The notes under the pieces were generated by a model that saw nothing but the letters and a program-made list of their open reading frames with translations, was not told the origin of the DNA and searched no databases. 64,000 bases of DNA from Octopus sinensis (lineage: Eukaryota), in the NCBI RefSeq assembly GCF_006345805.1, contig NC_042997.1, forward strand, positions 192,510,001 to 192,574,000. The letters run 5' to 3'. Position 1 is the stretch's first letter. Each line of letters starts with the position of its first letter. This document shows positions 12,722 through 26,524 of the stretch, one piece after another. Made by a program: the position numbers and the translations under genes.

Positions 12722-13474
12722 TATTCATCATCATGATCACCATCATCACCATCATCACCATCACCACCACCATCACCATCATTACCATCACCACCATCAC
12801 CACCACCATCACCATCATTACCATCATCACCATCATCATCACCACCACCATCACCATCATTACCATCATCACCATCATCATCACCACCATCATCATCACC
12901 ATCATCATCATCATCATCATCACCATCATCATCACCACCACCATCACCATCATTACCACCATCACCACCATCCCCACCATCACCATCATCACCATCATCA
13001 TCACCACATCACCACCATCACCACCACCATCACCATCATCCCCACCATCATCACCACCATCATCACCACCATCATCATCATCACCACATCATCATCATCA
13101 TCATCATCATCACCATCACCATCACCACCATCCCCACCATCACCATCATCCCCACCATCATCACCACCATCATCATCCACCATCACCACCACCATCACCA
13201 TCATCCCCACCATCATCACCACCATCATCATCACCACCATCACCACCATTACCACCACCATCACCATCATCCCCACCATCATCACCACCATCATCATCAC
13301 CACCATCACCACCATTACCACCACCATCACCATCGTCCCCACCATCATCACCACCATCATCATCACCACCATCATCATCATCACCATCACCATCACCACC
13401 ATCACCATCACCACCATTACCACCACCATCACCATCATCCCCCACCATCATCACCACCATCATCATCATCATCA
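12722..13474. repeat. Compound (CAT/CAC)n trinucleotide array with local 66-bp higher-order periodicity
   Basis: Direct reading; tcccc markers at 13204, 13270, 13336. Confidence 0.95.
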
Positions 13475-13994
13475 TAGAAAAACTGAAGGTGAACTCTAAT
13501 GGGTTGAATCCAAATTATACCGATAAAAAAAAAATCACGAACGTCACTTTTACAGTCTTTACTACTTCCCAGCCCCCTCCACCACCACCACCACCACCAA
13601 AAACCACCACCACCACAAATAAATAAATAAAAACAAAAGCGTCAAACCTACGTCAGAACAACTTAGGCTTGTGGCAATGGCAATGATGATAACAATATAT
13701 ACTTACAGCAGTACAACAGGAAGAAATAGATCTGGGACATTTGAAAATATTGTCTTAATGTCGAAAACACAGGAAACAGAATTGATTAGCCTTATGTAAA
13801 AAAAAAAAAAAATTCTGAAGAATAATAATAATAAAATATAAAAGATTGGGGTTTTTTTTTCACAGTTTCGCTTAATATGTCACAAATATCGAATATCAGT
13901 TACATTCAAGTTATCCAATAATGTATGGTTACCGTAGACTTCTTACATAATCTGTACCAAAAATTTCTCCCAAAATAAATAGGTTCTCTCTTTG

Positions 13995-14025
<31 letters not shown>

Positions 14026-15306
14026 ACCACTTGCTCTCTCTCTCTCTCTCTCTTAGACAATCAACAATTTGTACAGTATTATAGAATTTAAATAAAAAAA
14101 AAATTATCAAAGACACCGCCCGAACCACGTTATGTAATAATTACGTGAACGGAAGCATTTTTGAAATGTGAGAAATTTTCTTCGAATTTATTTTCTATTT
14201 TTTTTTTCCTTCTCCATGTACAATAGTCTTTTTTTTTTCTTTTTCTCTCTCCGAAATTTACAAACACAATCGTTTAAACTTTTCTGCATTTAACGTAAGA
14301 TTGACTTCAAGACATTCTTCACTCATTAATTTTCTTCCATGTTCCACCCTAGCTAATGCCATTTTCTGTTTTTTTTTTTATGCTTGCATTAATAATCCCT
14401 CTTCCACACTTCCTCAGAGACATTCTCTTCCCACTACATCATCGTTCCTTTTTCTTTTCTTATTTATTTTTTCATTTACTTTTTTTTTTAAATACACTGT
14501 AGTGAGTCATATTGTCGTTCTGCTATTTCAAACATTCTTCTAACTTATTAGCTCTCCATTCACAGTTTCCCGTCGATGCTAAAACACTTCTATACTAAAA
14601 CGTTTATCTCTCTTAATACCGCTCCTTACTTAAAGTAGATCATGCATTACCACTCCTGTCTACACTGTTCTTCCTTCAACCAAAGGAGTTATCTTGTATC
14701 ATTAATACTTCCTAAATGCACACACAGAGCATTTTGTTCACTTATTCTTTTACATTTAAATTGTGGGGGAACATGAACGCCTGGACACCTCCGCTGCCCA
14801 ACTCTCTTATAAATATAATTATTATAAGTTGATATAAGAAATCAGTGTTAATTGTTTAACTATCAAATTTGTACGAGAAATTAAGGCCGCGTAACGTTTC
14901 TGTTTTCCGTTAGCCTGTGTTTGTCAGGTTCAAATGTTGCCAGATGTATAAGGCATAGAGGAAATGAGGAAATATCTCTCAGCTGCTTTAACACTGTACA
15001 CTAAGTTCAAATAAGTTTCGACATACCTGATGTGTTTACGGTTAACACATGCCAGAAATTACAAGCATACAAATGGGTCTCTGATGGAAGATCTTGCTGA
15101 AATTAGGTACAATTAGAAATGGGTTTAACACTGCCAGACTAACTCACTTCCACCTCCTCTTCCTCCACGCTTCCTCGTCCCATCAATATCTCAAGACCAA
15201 GTCTTGCCCATCAATAACCCATCAATAACCAATTCTTTTCCCATCACTTGCTTCCAGATCAAGTGAAGTCTAAACAAGATTTGTGGAACAACTTCTCGTC
15301 CCATCA

Positions 15307-15915
15307 CGAAATGAGACAACTGGGCGCAGCTGTTTAGACGTTGGTGATTTGGCGCGGTTCACCGAACATTCAACCTATATTGGTGACAGGACACTTTGAC
15401 GCCGGAGACATGCACACGCACGCGTGCTGAAATATACACGTGCAAACAGAAAGAGTGTAAGAAAGAGAAAGAGAGAGGGAATATAATTTATTAATTGAAC
15501 ACGATTGGCACCAACACTTACTCCCTCTTGATACACTTAAAATGAAATATGATCACACACATAGCACACACACTCGCGCATTCACACATACACACATGCG
15601 CACGCACACGCACATTTACATACAAACATAGGCGCATACACACACACACACACACACACGGATACACTTATGCATACACGCAAGCACACTCATATTTTCA
15701 CACATGCACGCGCGCACATACACTCACACATACGCATACACACATATACACACGGATACAACAAAAAAGAGGTAAGGGGATGGAGAGTGAGGATGGAGGG
15801 AGGAAGGGAGAGAACGAGAGAAACATCAAAACGTCTGATAATAAATAAGTCAGCGTCGAATCAGCAACGCCAAGTAAGAGGCGCCAAAACAGCTGTGCCA
15901 AAATGTCTCATATCC
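15307..15915. mobile_element. Mutator-like MITE
   Basis: Imperfect TIRs (atgagaca…gcgcagctgttt / aaacagctgtgcc…tgtctcat); 9-bp TSD gtcccatca/gtctcatca. Confidence 0.6.
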
Positions 15916-16262
15916 GTCTCATCAATATCTCGGCACCAAACGCTGTTGCCCCATAAAAACCTCCAAACCTAGCTATCACCACATCAAATAAACTTCCAGA
16001 CCAACTCTCGCCATATCAAAATCTTCAGATTAAAATGTCTTCTCTGTACTTCCAGACAAAACTTATCAATATCTCTGAACTAATTCCAATCACATCAGTA
16101 TTTTCAGATCAAACTTCCTTCCAGTCAGTATATAGGGGGGGAATCTTTTACCCCGCCATTAACTGAAAGTTTAAAAAAAAATTTTTCTACTTTTGTAAAG
16201 GGTCTGTTATTCTTCAGTTTCAGATTCATCGAACTTATCGATTCTGGACAGATGAAAAATTG

Positions 16263-16505
16263 AAGGCGCGCGTCCTTGTGGTTACGGTGTTGCATCGACG
16301 ATCGCAAGATCATATTTTCGATCCCCGGACCGGGTGATGCGTTATGTTTTTGAGTAAAACACCTCGTTTCACGTTGCTCCAGTTAATTAAACTGTAAATG
16401 AATATCCTGCAACCGGCTGGCGTTCTGTTTGGCGATGGAGGGCAGTATGTTGTGGCCTCGGTCATTCATACGCTAATGGAAACGGGGTAACCGGCCTTAT
16501 GAAAT
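16263..16505 (+). mobile_element. tRNA-SINE family C (diverged)
   Basis: Head and core ttgagtaaaacacctcgtttcacgttgctccagt. Confidence 0.75.
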
Positions 16506-16539
16506 CCAGGACTCGAGACAGATATGTCCAGGGGTTGAT

Positions 16540-16676
16540 AATGATGATGATGACGATGATGACGGTGATGATGATGATGATGATGATGACGATGATGATG
16601 ACGGTGGTGGTGATGGTGGTGACGATGGTAATGATGATGATGATGACGACGACGACGATGATGACGATGATGATGA
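16540..16676. repeat. (GAT/GAC)n microsatellite
   Basis: Direct reading. Confidence 0.95.
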
Positions 16677-17862
16677 AAAGCAAAAATCAGTTTCATTGGG
16701 TTTTAAACACTGATCACCGAAACTAAATGCCTTATCGAACAATTCACTAATAATCGGTCAATGATAACTGAAATTTTCCCAGAAGTAAAATCGATGCAGT
16801 ATGAAGAAGTGATATCTAAAACAACAATGGCGACAACGACGATGACAGTTACAGCATTTATAATAGTAATGTTGGGAAGTCAGATTAAGTTTTCTATGTG
16901 ACAATTCAGTCGAATAAATTGATGAATTGATGATGTTATGACAAAGTACAAAGTACTAGAGCGCAGAAAATCGTTCGGTGGTTACCATAGAAACAGACCC
17001 ACGTGAGCTGTTACGATTGAACATGCTTTCAGCTCAGCCGAACTTCGTCAACAAAGTGTTTTGTGTTTGTCTGTCGTAAACATACTCAGTTTTTTTTTCT
17101 GACCCATTGCAAATATATGGCAATATAATTCCTGTAAAATTCTGAGTTTTTTCCCCTATTAAATATTCTTCCCCCAAAAGTGTATGTCATAGGAAGCAGT
17201 TAACTAATATAGTAATATCGTTAGACATATGAAAAATCACAGCTATGAAAAATGAGCGGTTGTTGCTTTGTTTCGTCTCGGGTAGACCAGAACCCTTTTC
17301 ATGAAATACGCGTGGACTTTGCATGGGTTATCGCCGCTTTTTTCTGGTTGTCAAACTGGTCTTAACCTTACCTTAAATGTAACATCACTTTGAATGCAGT
17401 AAAACATACGTATAAAGTAATCGCCCCGTACGCTCTGAGCTCGCCTCCCTTCGCTACTGATTAACTCACCTTCAGACCAACTGAAGACTCATCAGAACTT
17501 ACAGATCAACACTTTCATCATTAAAACATCCAGATCAAACACTTTCCGATCAAAATCTCCTGTCAACTTTTACCCAATCAATACCCACTGAAATTTTTCC
17601 CTCTCTCTCTCTCTTTCTCTCATCAATACCTTCAAACTAGCTCTGAGCTCAATATCTTCTGATCTACTCTCTTTCCTCAATATCTCCATATCAACTCTCT
17701 CTCATCCTTACCTCTTGAACAACTCTTTCATTCCCTCCCCCTCCACCCTCTCTCTTCCTATCAATACCGCCAGATCAATTCTTCCTCGTCTCTCTCCATC
17801 TCTAACCTCCACCTCCCTTCCCCCCCATTCCCGTTATCTATCCCTCGCTCTCCTATCTATCT

Positions 17863-17927
<65 letters not shown>

Positions 17928-17928
<1 letters not shown>

Positions 17929-18078
17929 CAAATTCCGCCGAGGTCGACTTTGCCTTTCATCCTTTCGGGGTCGATAAATTAAGTACCAGTTACGCACTGG
18001 GATCGATGTTATCGACTTAATCCGTTTGTCTGTCCTTGTTTGTCCCCTCTGTGTTTAGCCCCTTGTGGGTAGTAAAGA
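17928..18078 (+). mobile_element. SINE family A, 5'-truncated, inside a (TATC)n array
   Basis: Family A core and tail. Confidence 0.85.
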
Positions 18079-18080
18079 CA

Positions 18081-18150
<70 letters not shown>

Positions 18151-18151
18151 C

Positions 18152-18220
<69 letters not shown>

Positions 18221-18404
18221 CCTCCATATCGACTTTCACCCCCACTCATATACTTCCACACAATCTCTCTTCTTCTCCCTACTCCCCAGACTAACTTTGT
18301 CAACATCAATACTCCTTCCAAACGACTCTAACGTCATAAAAGGCATCTCACCTGCGAACAGTTCCTCTGTGGGTAACTTAGATTATATTACCTAATATAT
18401 TTTA

Positions 18405-19063
18405 GGCACGGAAGTGCCGTCAGTCGAGCATGTCCGAGATGCACGCAGGGCGACGAGACGGTCTTGCATGCTCTCGTCCTGTGCCCGAACATTGCTAACT
18501 TGTGGGTTATGTCGAACATCTGCTGTCGCTTGTGAGACGGATCTGGCTGTCAACTAACGTGAAGATTGCCTCACCACCTTCCTTTAACCGGGAAGGGCAG
18601 GCTGTCTTTATATGCCTGGTGGCCAAAAGCGAAAGAGTATATTTGATCAGTCCCTGAACAACTTTTTCAAATTTCAACTTGAAGAGGAAAATAAGGGTAG
18701 AGAGGGAAATGTTGTCCTCTAGCAAGATTGCTGAACGATGGATGAGAATGGCAAGAATTGTGCGAGTGAACGGACCTGCCCTGAGCATATGCCTGTAATT
18801 GGAGAAAAGGAAATGAGAAAAGGCGCCTGCCCCAGAAGCCAGGGCACCCACGGTTTTATGGGGTTTTTCATGAGCAGCCCTCGAACGTCTCCTCTCTATT
18901 CAGGATCACATATTAATCTTTCTCCTCCTTTCTGTTAAGCTTGCTTGTATGCAAACCCTCACAACGACACACTCGTACACATAAACACATACATTCTTTG
19001 TTTTGTCATGCACTGTCCATAATGGTTTTCTTAATGTAAACCTTTGGTGGTGAATAAAGAAAT
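18405..19063 (+). mobile_element. Tx1/L1-type non-LTR retrotransposon 3' fragment (zinc-knuckle region and 3' UTR)
   Basis: HGSAVSRACPRCTQGDETVLHALVLCPNIANLW (CCHC knuckle), frameshifts, terminal aataaa. Confidence 0.8.
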
Positions 19064-19142
19064 CATTAATATTTTTATAAGGATTGTTGAGCATTGGGGT
19101 TAATGTAATCGAATTGCTGGCCCTGTGCCAAATTCGAAACCA

Positions 19143-19280
19143 TTATTATTATTATTATTATTTTGGTTTGGATCAAGTTCGGTCTTATTCCTAGTAGGAA
19201 TTATGTGGATAACCTTAGGTATCTACACGGTTTCAGCAGTCTTTCAGGTGCTTAGAACCCTCCTGATAATCCTTGCTGTC
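19143..19280 (-). mobile_element. Extremely 5'-truncated Dong/R4-like element
   Basis: TARIIRRVLST* resembles the R4-clade C-terminus (compare GTSHVLRRALSM at 63394); 3' UTR runs into (AAT)n. Confidence 0.6.
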
Positions 19281-19628
19281 TCCTCCTCCTCCTCCTCTTC
19301 TTCTTCATCATCATCATCATTCTCCTCCTCGTCCTCCTCCTCCTCCTCGTCGTCGTCCTCCTCCTCCTCATCATCATCATCCTCCTCATCATCATCATCG
19401 TCCTCCTCCTCCTCCTCGTCCTCCTCGTCCTCCTCGTCCTCCTCCTCGTCCTCCTCCTCATCCTCACCATCCTCCTCGTCCTCCTCCTCCTCATCATCCT
19501 CATCCTCACCATCCTCCTCCTCCTCCGCCTCCTCCTCTTCCTCCTCCTCCTCCTCCTCCTCTTCTTCTTCTTCTCCTCTTTCTTAATAATAATAATAATA
19601 ATAATAATTATAATAATAATAATGATAA

Positions 19629-19720
<92 letters not shown>
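19280..19720. repeat. (CCT/CAT/CGT)n followed by (AAT)n
   Basis: Direct reading. Confidence 0.95.
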
Positions 19721-19721
<1 letters not shown>

Positions 19722-20910
19722 TTTTGCTTTAAATTTGTCAAGATATGATTTGGGTGAGATGTGGCTACAATCAGTAAACCTCTGTCAGAGTCTTTTTACC
19801 TTTATTATTCAGTTTTAAACATGAAAAAGAATCAAATCAGTTATACATAGGGATAACCAGTTCGTTTGCCGAATCGATTAGCACACATTTGATATCTTAG
19901 CTTAGATTTTTACGGACACATAATGGTTCTCCATATAAATTTCAGTCGCAAGTATTTCGTCGATATGCAGCTATGGTAAAAAGACCCACACAAAACGTTA
20001 AGTACAGTGGGTTTGATCCCTGAATTGCGTGATGGTGATATCCAGACGATAGTATCTTGTAAAAAAGCATCCCTGATTAACTAATGTACTTGATTTGTTT
20101 TTCTCTTTGTAACTTATGTTTGCCAGAATATAAGAGGTCTTACAGGCTTTCAATTTCCTGTAATTAAATTAGCTAAGTCTATTAACTATTCTAGTTCAGT
20201 ATTAAACATATAACTGTTTTTGTGTCAGCTTTATGATTCGCCGGTTTGTTTTATTGAGGTACTTAGAAAATTTCCATTTTGACAATTCTGTATTTCCTAT
20301 TCTCCTCTTATCTTTATTTCCTTTTCTGCTCTTATCTCGATAATCTTAAATGATTTTATTAATTTATAAATATTTTCTCATGTATATCGCTCAATTTTAT
20401 ACTATAAAGTTTGCTTGAGGCTTCATTCATACCGCTAATGTCAGATGGTCTTAAAATATCTGTCAGTTACTTAAATAATGATTTGTAATAAAGGCACAAT
20501 GTCATGGAATAGTGGGAGGATATCAGCGATTAAATCGAGCTCTGCACTTAGCTGGCTACTATGGGCTGGCAAAATCGTTAAGTCGTTGGATAAAATGTAT
20601 TTAGTTATGGCTTCCACGTTTTGAGTGCAAATCTTGACCAGCTCAACTTTTCCTTTCAGGATAGATAAATAAAGTAATCGATAAATAAAGTAATAGAACT
20701 GTATATGGGTCGATACTCTTCTTTCATTCTGTCTGTTTATCGGTATATATATATCTCTAATTCTGGAAGAAATCAGTTGTCAAATCTGGAAAGAAATGGG
20801 CTACGCTAGATCTGAAACTGTCCAAGATATATTGTATGTCATGACAGTGTCCCTACAACTTCAGCAAGGGGATCAAGGCATCTAGTAGGGTCGATTTAGT
20901 ATTCCTATAA

Positions 20911-21143
20911 AGGGTGCGAGCGGTCAGAATCGTTAGTAGACCTGGTGAAATGCTTAGCGTTATTTCGTCTGCCGTTACGTTCTGAGTTCAAATTCCGCCG
21001 AGGTCAACTTTGCTTTTCATCCTTTCGGGGTCGATTAAATAAGTACCAGTTACGCACTGGGGTCGATATAATCGATTTAATCCCTTTGTCTGTCCTTGTT
21101 TGTCCCTTCTATGTTTTGGCCCCTATGAGCAATAAAGAAATAA
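20911..21143 (+). mobile_element. SINE family A
   Basis: Full head, core and tail; tattcctataa on both sides. Confidence 0.9.
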
Positions 21144-22428
21144 ATATTCCTATAAAGCATTCTTGATGGTTATCAAATTATAAGAGAAGCGTCCAGATAG
21201 GTAGATAAAAAGTAAATTCACCCATGGCAGGACTTGAACCCGAAATGTAAAAAAAGATATCACTGAATGTAGAAATATATTTTGTCCGATGTTCTACACT
21301 TTTCTTTTCTTTTTACTAATCCTCTCATTTAAACCAGACAATTCTTTTGTGCAGTCTACTTAAATGGAGCCCGTTTCTGGCAAGGGATCAGCTAGAGCTA
21401 AACTATAATACAGCGATCGTTTTGTAAAATGAAACAACAGAAAAGAAAAGTGATGAGTCACGGGAGAAAATATCAGGTTACAAGGAAAAAATGTGCATAA
21501 GTATAAGAGAGAATGTAATAAAAGGAAAGACTTATAGATTGCCAATACTGAAATGCAGAAGATATATGATTGCAGGCTATAAAATAACATTAAATTGTTC
21601 CTTTTATATCAACTGTAAGACGAATGGAACTATTCTTCTGCTAAATACTGTGTTTGGAGAGTAGGTTTTAAAAAGTTAACTGAAAAGAATAAAGTATCAT
21701 TAATCTCGGTCTGTTTTAAAGGAAATTTAATATTTTGCGAACAATTAGTCATACGAGAAAGAACTAATATGTAGGTAGCAAATTCGCTATGTTTTAGCTA
21801 GTGTCATGACAATAATTGATTTTAAAACTACATTTATTGCTTTCACATCGACTTTATTGCCTGCAGCTAAATCATCTAAATCGAATAACTATAGATTCCG
21901 CTTGAAATCTGTTTAGACAACTGATGATGGAACATAAGTAAACCTTTATTATAGGATTAGGAACAGGCGACTTAAGTAGCATCGGCGTTGTAAGGGAAGT
22001 AACTCTTAATTGTAATCCTGGAATTGTTTTCATTTCATCGCCCGAACGTTACCAAAACATTACAATTAAACTGTGTACATTTTCTCGGTATGTTTTACCC
22101 GAGGTAAAATGAGGTCCGTCACTCAATGTAAATCGCATCTCTCTATCTCTCCCTAATACCTATTTCTTTACTACCTACAAGGGGATAAACACAGAAGGGA
22201 CAGACAAGGACTTGTCTACTGTACTGTGCATGCATACATACATACATATATACATACAACTTTCCAGTTTATCATTTAAGTATATATGCGCATGTCTTGA
22301 CATGCAACTATTAATATATGCTTGAGAATACATGCATAAAACAGAACATACAAATCTGCACATGCACTAACACCAAATAGTGCACATATACATACATACA
22401 TACATACATACATACATACATACATACA

Positions 22429-22462
<34 letters not shown>

Positions 22463-22518
22463 CACACATACATACATACATATATACACACATACATACA
22501 TACATAGTAATTGATATA

Positions 22519-22740
22519 TTTTTCTTTACTACCCACAAGGGGCTAAACATAGAGGGGACAAACAAGGACAGACAAAGGGATTAAGTCGATTACATCGACC
22601 CAGTGTGAAACTGGTACTTTATTTATCGACCCCGAAAGGATGAAAAGCAAAGTCGACCTCGGCGGAATTTGAACTCAGAACGTAACGACAGACGAAATAC
22701 CGCTAAGCATTTCGCCCGGCGCGCTAACGCTTCTGCCAGC
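22519..22740 (-). mobile_element. SINE family A
   Basis: Family match; taattgatata on both sides. Confidence 0.9.
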
Positions 22741-22768
22741 TAATTGATATAAAAGTTTTTTTAAACAC

Positions 22769-22970
22769 GGATCATTACCTTTTGACCGACAGTGATTGGT
22801 TGAAATTACCGAAATACTATAACTTTAACGTGAAATAACTTCCTAGGTATAAGCTTTTCTCAAAAACGCTAAGAGTAAAAGATGATTTATATGACACAGT
22901 GTCCGAAGTTTGAAAGTGTTTAGTTATAAAAAAATATTTTAAAAATCTGTCGGTCAGAAGGTAAAGATCC
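22769..22970. mobile_element. Merlin-like MITE, short subfamily
   Basis: TIRs GGATCATTACCTTTTGACCGACAG / CTGTCGGTCAGAAGGTAAAGATCC; perfect 8-bp TSD TTAAACAC; internal similarity to the 30159 element. Confidence 0.85.
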
Positions 22971-23335
22971 TTAAACACTATAAAACCGGCTAAAACCCGA
23001 GGTAAAATGAGGTCCGTCACTCAATGTAAATCACATCTCTCTTCTCTATCCCTCCTTAATACATTCCACAACTTCAACACAGATTCCCCAACCTCTCCAC
23101 TGCATTCTTTATACCCGATTACAGTAGCCCCATTAACTGTCACGGCGCAGGATTCCCAGAATAGCTAGTCTACTGCCTAGCTGCTCATACGGTCATCTAT
23201 CCGGAATACTAAGGGCGACTGAACTGGGTATGTTCAGACAATTGAAGCGGATTACCGTTATGTTGTGCCATTTTTGAGAAAGTAAATATTCTCTCATCTT
23301 TTGATAATGACATTCCTTTTCATACATGTGTGTGC

Positions 23336-23382
<47 letters not shown>

Positions 23383-23492
23383 TATATTCGTTTTGCAAGA
23401 TTCTTGATGTGAAATCGTTTGTTGAAACAGATATTATATTTAGGGACGGTCATTTTGCCGATAAGCACACCGCACTGTTTATTTGATCTTCG

Positions 23493-23530
<38 letters not shown>

Positions 23531-23583
23531 TCTTGTCAAAGTTCTTTCGTCACGCATACACACACACACACACACACACACAC

Positions 23584-23654
<71 letters not shown>

Positions 23655-23750
23655 ATATATATGTATATAATTAATTAAGGGTAGAAATCAATATTTATCA
23701 ATTAAAACCAGTGGTCTAACATATTAAAAAAATCCGAAGATTAAATATTT

Positions 23751-23811
23751 ATATATACCAATTAAGGACTGAACACGAAAAAGTCCACTTTTTCGTGTTC
23801 AGTCCTTAATT

Positions 23812-23820
<9 letters not shown>
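23751..23820. repeat. Perfect 34-bp-arm palindrome next to (TA)n
   Basis: atatataccaattaaggactgaacacgaaaaagt-cc-reverse complement. Confidence 0.95.
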
Positions 23821-23894
<74 letters not shown>

Positions 23895-25055
23895 CATATG
23901 TATATGTAGATTTACACACAAACGCATGAGCCTGCGCACGCATGTACGCACGGACGTCACATACTTTAACTTTAATATAAATATCTCCCCCACCACCAAA
24001 AAAGAAGAAAGAAAAGAAAACTGAGTTATAATTACGGTATACACAGCATACACAATGCATACGAACTTATATATATACAGGCTAGAATAATTTTGAATTT
24101 GTCATATCGCCAACAGAAAAACAAAAAGGTAAATAAAAGTTGTGTTTCCATAATTTTGTCCAACTCCAGTATGTACATCGGGAATTGGAAAGATCAATAT
24201 AATTTTCTTCGTTCAAAGCCTGCTCATTCTTTTCCCTTTTTCTTTTTCATTTTTCAACTACTATTATGTGGACCGTACGCAGCCCATTGTATCAGTTGCG
24301 TTCTCATGCATTATATTCAATGAAAGTCATTGCCAATGAAACAATCGTTTGCAAAACCCGTCTGTTGTTCTGATGAGTCCTCTGCAGTTTATAATCAATT
24401 ACTTCACGTGATTATGCCATATGTGATTGAGGACTTCAATGCCGTGGCTTGAAATTCATTGTTCATTGCTATCTGGTTGTATTGCTGTTTTTGATTTGCT
24501 CAGGCGTAAGTGCAGGTGCATACACGTACATGTATGCACACACTAACTCGACCAAATATTTACAAACCCCCGGAATTTACCTTGACTCAAAAAGTCGTGT
24601 CACTTTGTTAGCGGTCGGCTTGAACTCCATTAAGAACTTAAATCTCAAGCAAAACCATACATACATAACAAATTAATAAATAAAACATATACATAATAAA
24701 TACATATATGTACATACCTACATCTATATGTATATATACATGCATATATGGGTACAGGACACCAAAAAAAAAAAACGTAGAACACAACGAGAAACGAAAA
24801 CATAAAAACAAAAACATGGAAACGGACTTTTTCAAACAACGAAGAAAAACTGAGTACAAGACATACAACACAAGGAACATTCCCCTTCTTCAGCTGCCCT
24901 TGCTTCGACTACTCCGTGTTTCGAAGGTAAGGGCAAGACACGACTTCGCTGAAACAATCCTTCCCGCAAAGCAAATTAAATAAAATTTGGGATTTTTTGC
25001 GGAGGGGTAAAAATAGTGACAAGAACAGGACAATAACATACATACATACATACAT

Positions 25056-25090
<35 letters not shown>

Positions 25091-25287
25091 TACATACATA
25101 CATACATACATACATGCATGCATACATACATACATGCATGCATGCATGCATACATACATACATACATACATACATACATACATACATACTACATACATAC
25201 ATACATACATACATACATACATACATAGAGTGGTTGTATAAGTCAACATAACGTGAGTGGTATCACCGCTATCGGGGACACGCTACC

Positions 25288-25331
25288 CTGGACTGATGAC
25301 GGGCAATACCCAGAAACATGCATGTCTTCAG
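25288..25331 (+). ncRNA. Type I hammerhead ribozyme
   Basis: ctgga-CTGATGA-c-ggg(caata)ccc-a-GAAAC-ATGCAT-GTC-ttcag, preceded by TAC. Confidence 0.8.
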
Positions 25332-25736
25332 ATTGCTAGTCCTAGCTGGTGGGGGTGCTTGCCTCCCCTTTGCAAATATAAGGACACAGGGAATGTGTCA
25401 AAGCCGACATGAAGCCTCGATGCTTCCTAGGGCTATATAGCGGCGGTGTAATTCCCTCTACCGGACTGTCACGTTATATTCATTATATAAATATCTCAAA
25501 AGTATTTTCTGTTACTTGTTTTTTAATATAAATTTACTCGTGTAAAACATCTTAACCCCATACATACATACATACATACATACATACATACATACATACA
25601 TACATACATACAATACATACATACATACATACATACATACATACATACATACATACATACATACATACATACATAGAGTGGTTGTATAAAGTCAACATAA
25701 CGTGAGTGGTATCACCGCTATCGGGGACACGCTACC

Positions 25737-25780
25737 CTGGACTGATGACGGGCAATACCCAGAAACATGCATGTCTTCAG
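25737..25780 (+). ncRNA. Type I hammerhead ribozyme (duplicate)
   Basis: Identical to 25288-25331. Confidence 0.8.
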
Positions 25781-26097
25781 ATTGCTAGTCCTAGCTGGTG
25801 GGGGTGCTTGCCTCCCCTTTGCAAATATAAGGACACAGGGAATGTGTCAAAGCCGACATGAAGCCTCGATGCTTCCTAGGGCTATATAGCGGCGGTGTAA
25901 TTCCCTCTACCGGACTGTCACGTTATATTCATTATATAAATATCTCAAAAGTATTTTCTGTTACTTGTTTTTTAATATAAATTTACTCGTGTAAAACATC
26001 TTAACCCCATACATACATACATACATACATACATACATACATACATACATACATACATACATACATACATACATGCATAAATGCATGCATACATATA

Positions 26098-26488
26098 CTC
26101 TTTTACTTGTTTCAGTCATTTGACTATGGCCATACTGGAGCACCGCCTTTAGTCGAGCAAATCGACTCCAAGACTTATTCTTTGTAAGCCTAGTACTTAT
26201 TCTATCGGTAATTTTTGCCGAACCGCTAAGTTACAGGGACGTAAACACACCAGCATCGGTTGTCAAGCGATGTTGGAGGGACAAACACAGACACACAAAC
26301 ATATACACACACACATATATATATACATATATACGACGGTCTTCTTTCAGCCTCCGTCTACCAAATCCACTCACAAGGCTTTGGTCGGCCCGAGGCTATA
26401 GTAGAAGAAACATGCCCAAGGTGGCACACAGTGGGATTGAACCCGGAACTATGTGGTTGGTAATCAAGCTACTTACCACACAGCCACT
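26098..26488 (-). mobile_element. SINE family B
   Basis: Family match. Confidence 0.9.
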
Positions 26489-26524
26489 CATATATACACG
26501 CGCGCGCGCACACACACACATCCT

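Larger units (their letters stand above)
25226..26010 (+). repeat. Near-identical 449-bp tandem duplication, each unit with a hammerhead element, separated by (TACA)n
   Basis: Units start agagtggttgt at ~25226 and ~25674; unique parts differ by about one indel. Confidence 0.9.

Noticed and set aside
12717-13626. Pro/Ser/His/Thr-rich extensin-like ORFs
   Set aside because: CAT/CAC microsatellite open in multiple frames, with no splice or domain evidence
13500-14550. AT-rich unique region resembling a minus-strand 3' UTR
   Set aside because: No associated coding exon found; composition alone is insufficient
19125-19680. Poly-Ser and poly-Pro ORFs with a hydrophobic N-terminus
   Set aside because: Microsatellite plus the antisense strand of a Dong-like 3' end
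24370-24400. CTGATGAGTCC hammerhead start
   Set aside because: No matching stem II strand or GAAA downstream
25395-25440. SECIS element (ATGA hairpin), as in selenoprotein-encoding Naiad PLEs
   Set aside because: No opposing GA for the quartet, no apical AA, and ATGA is not conserved in homologues
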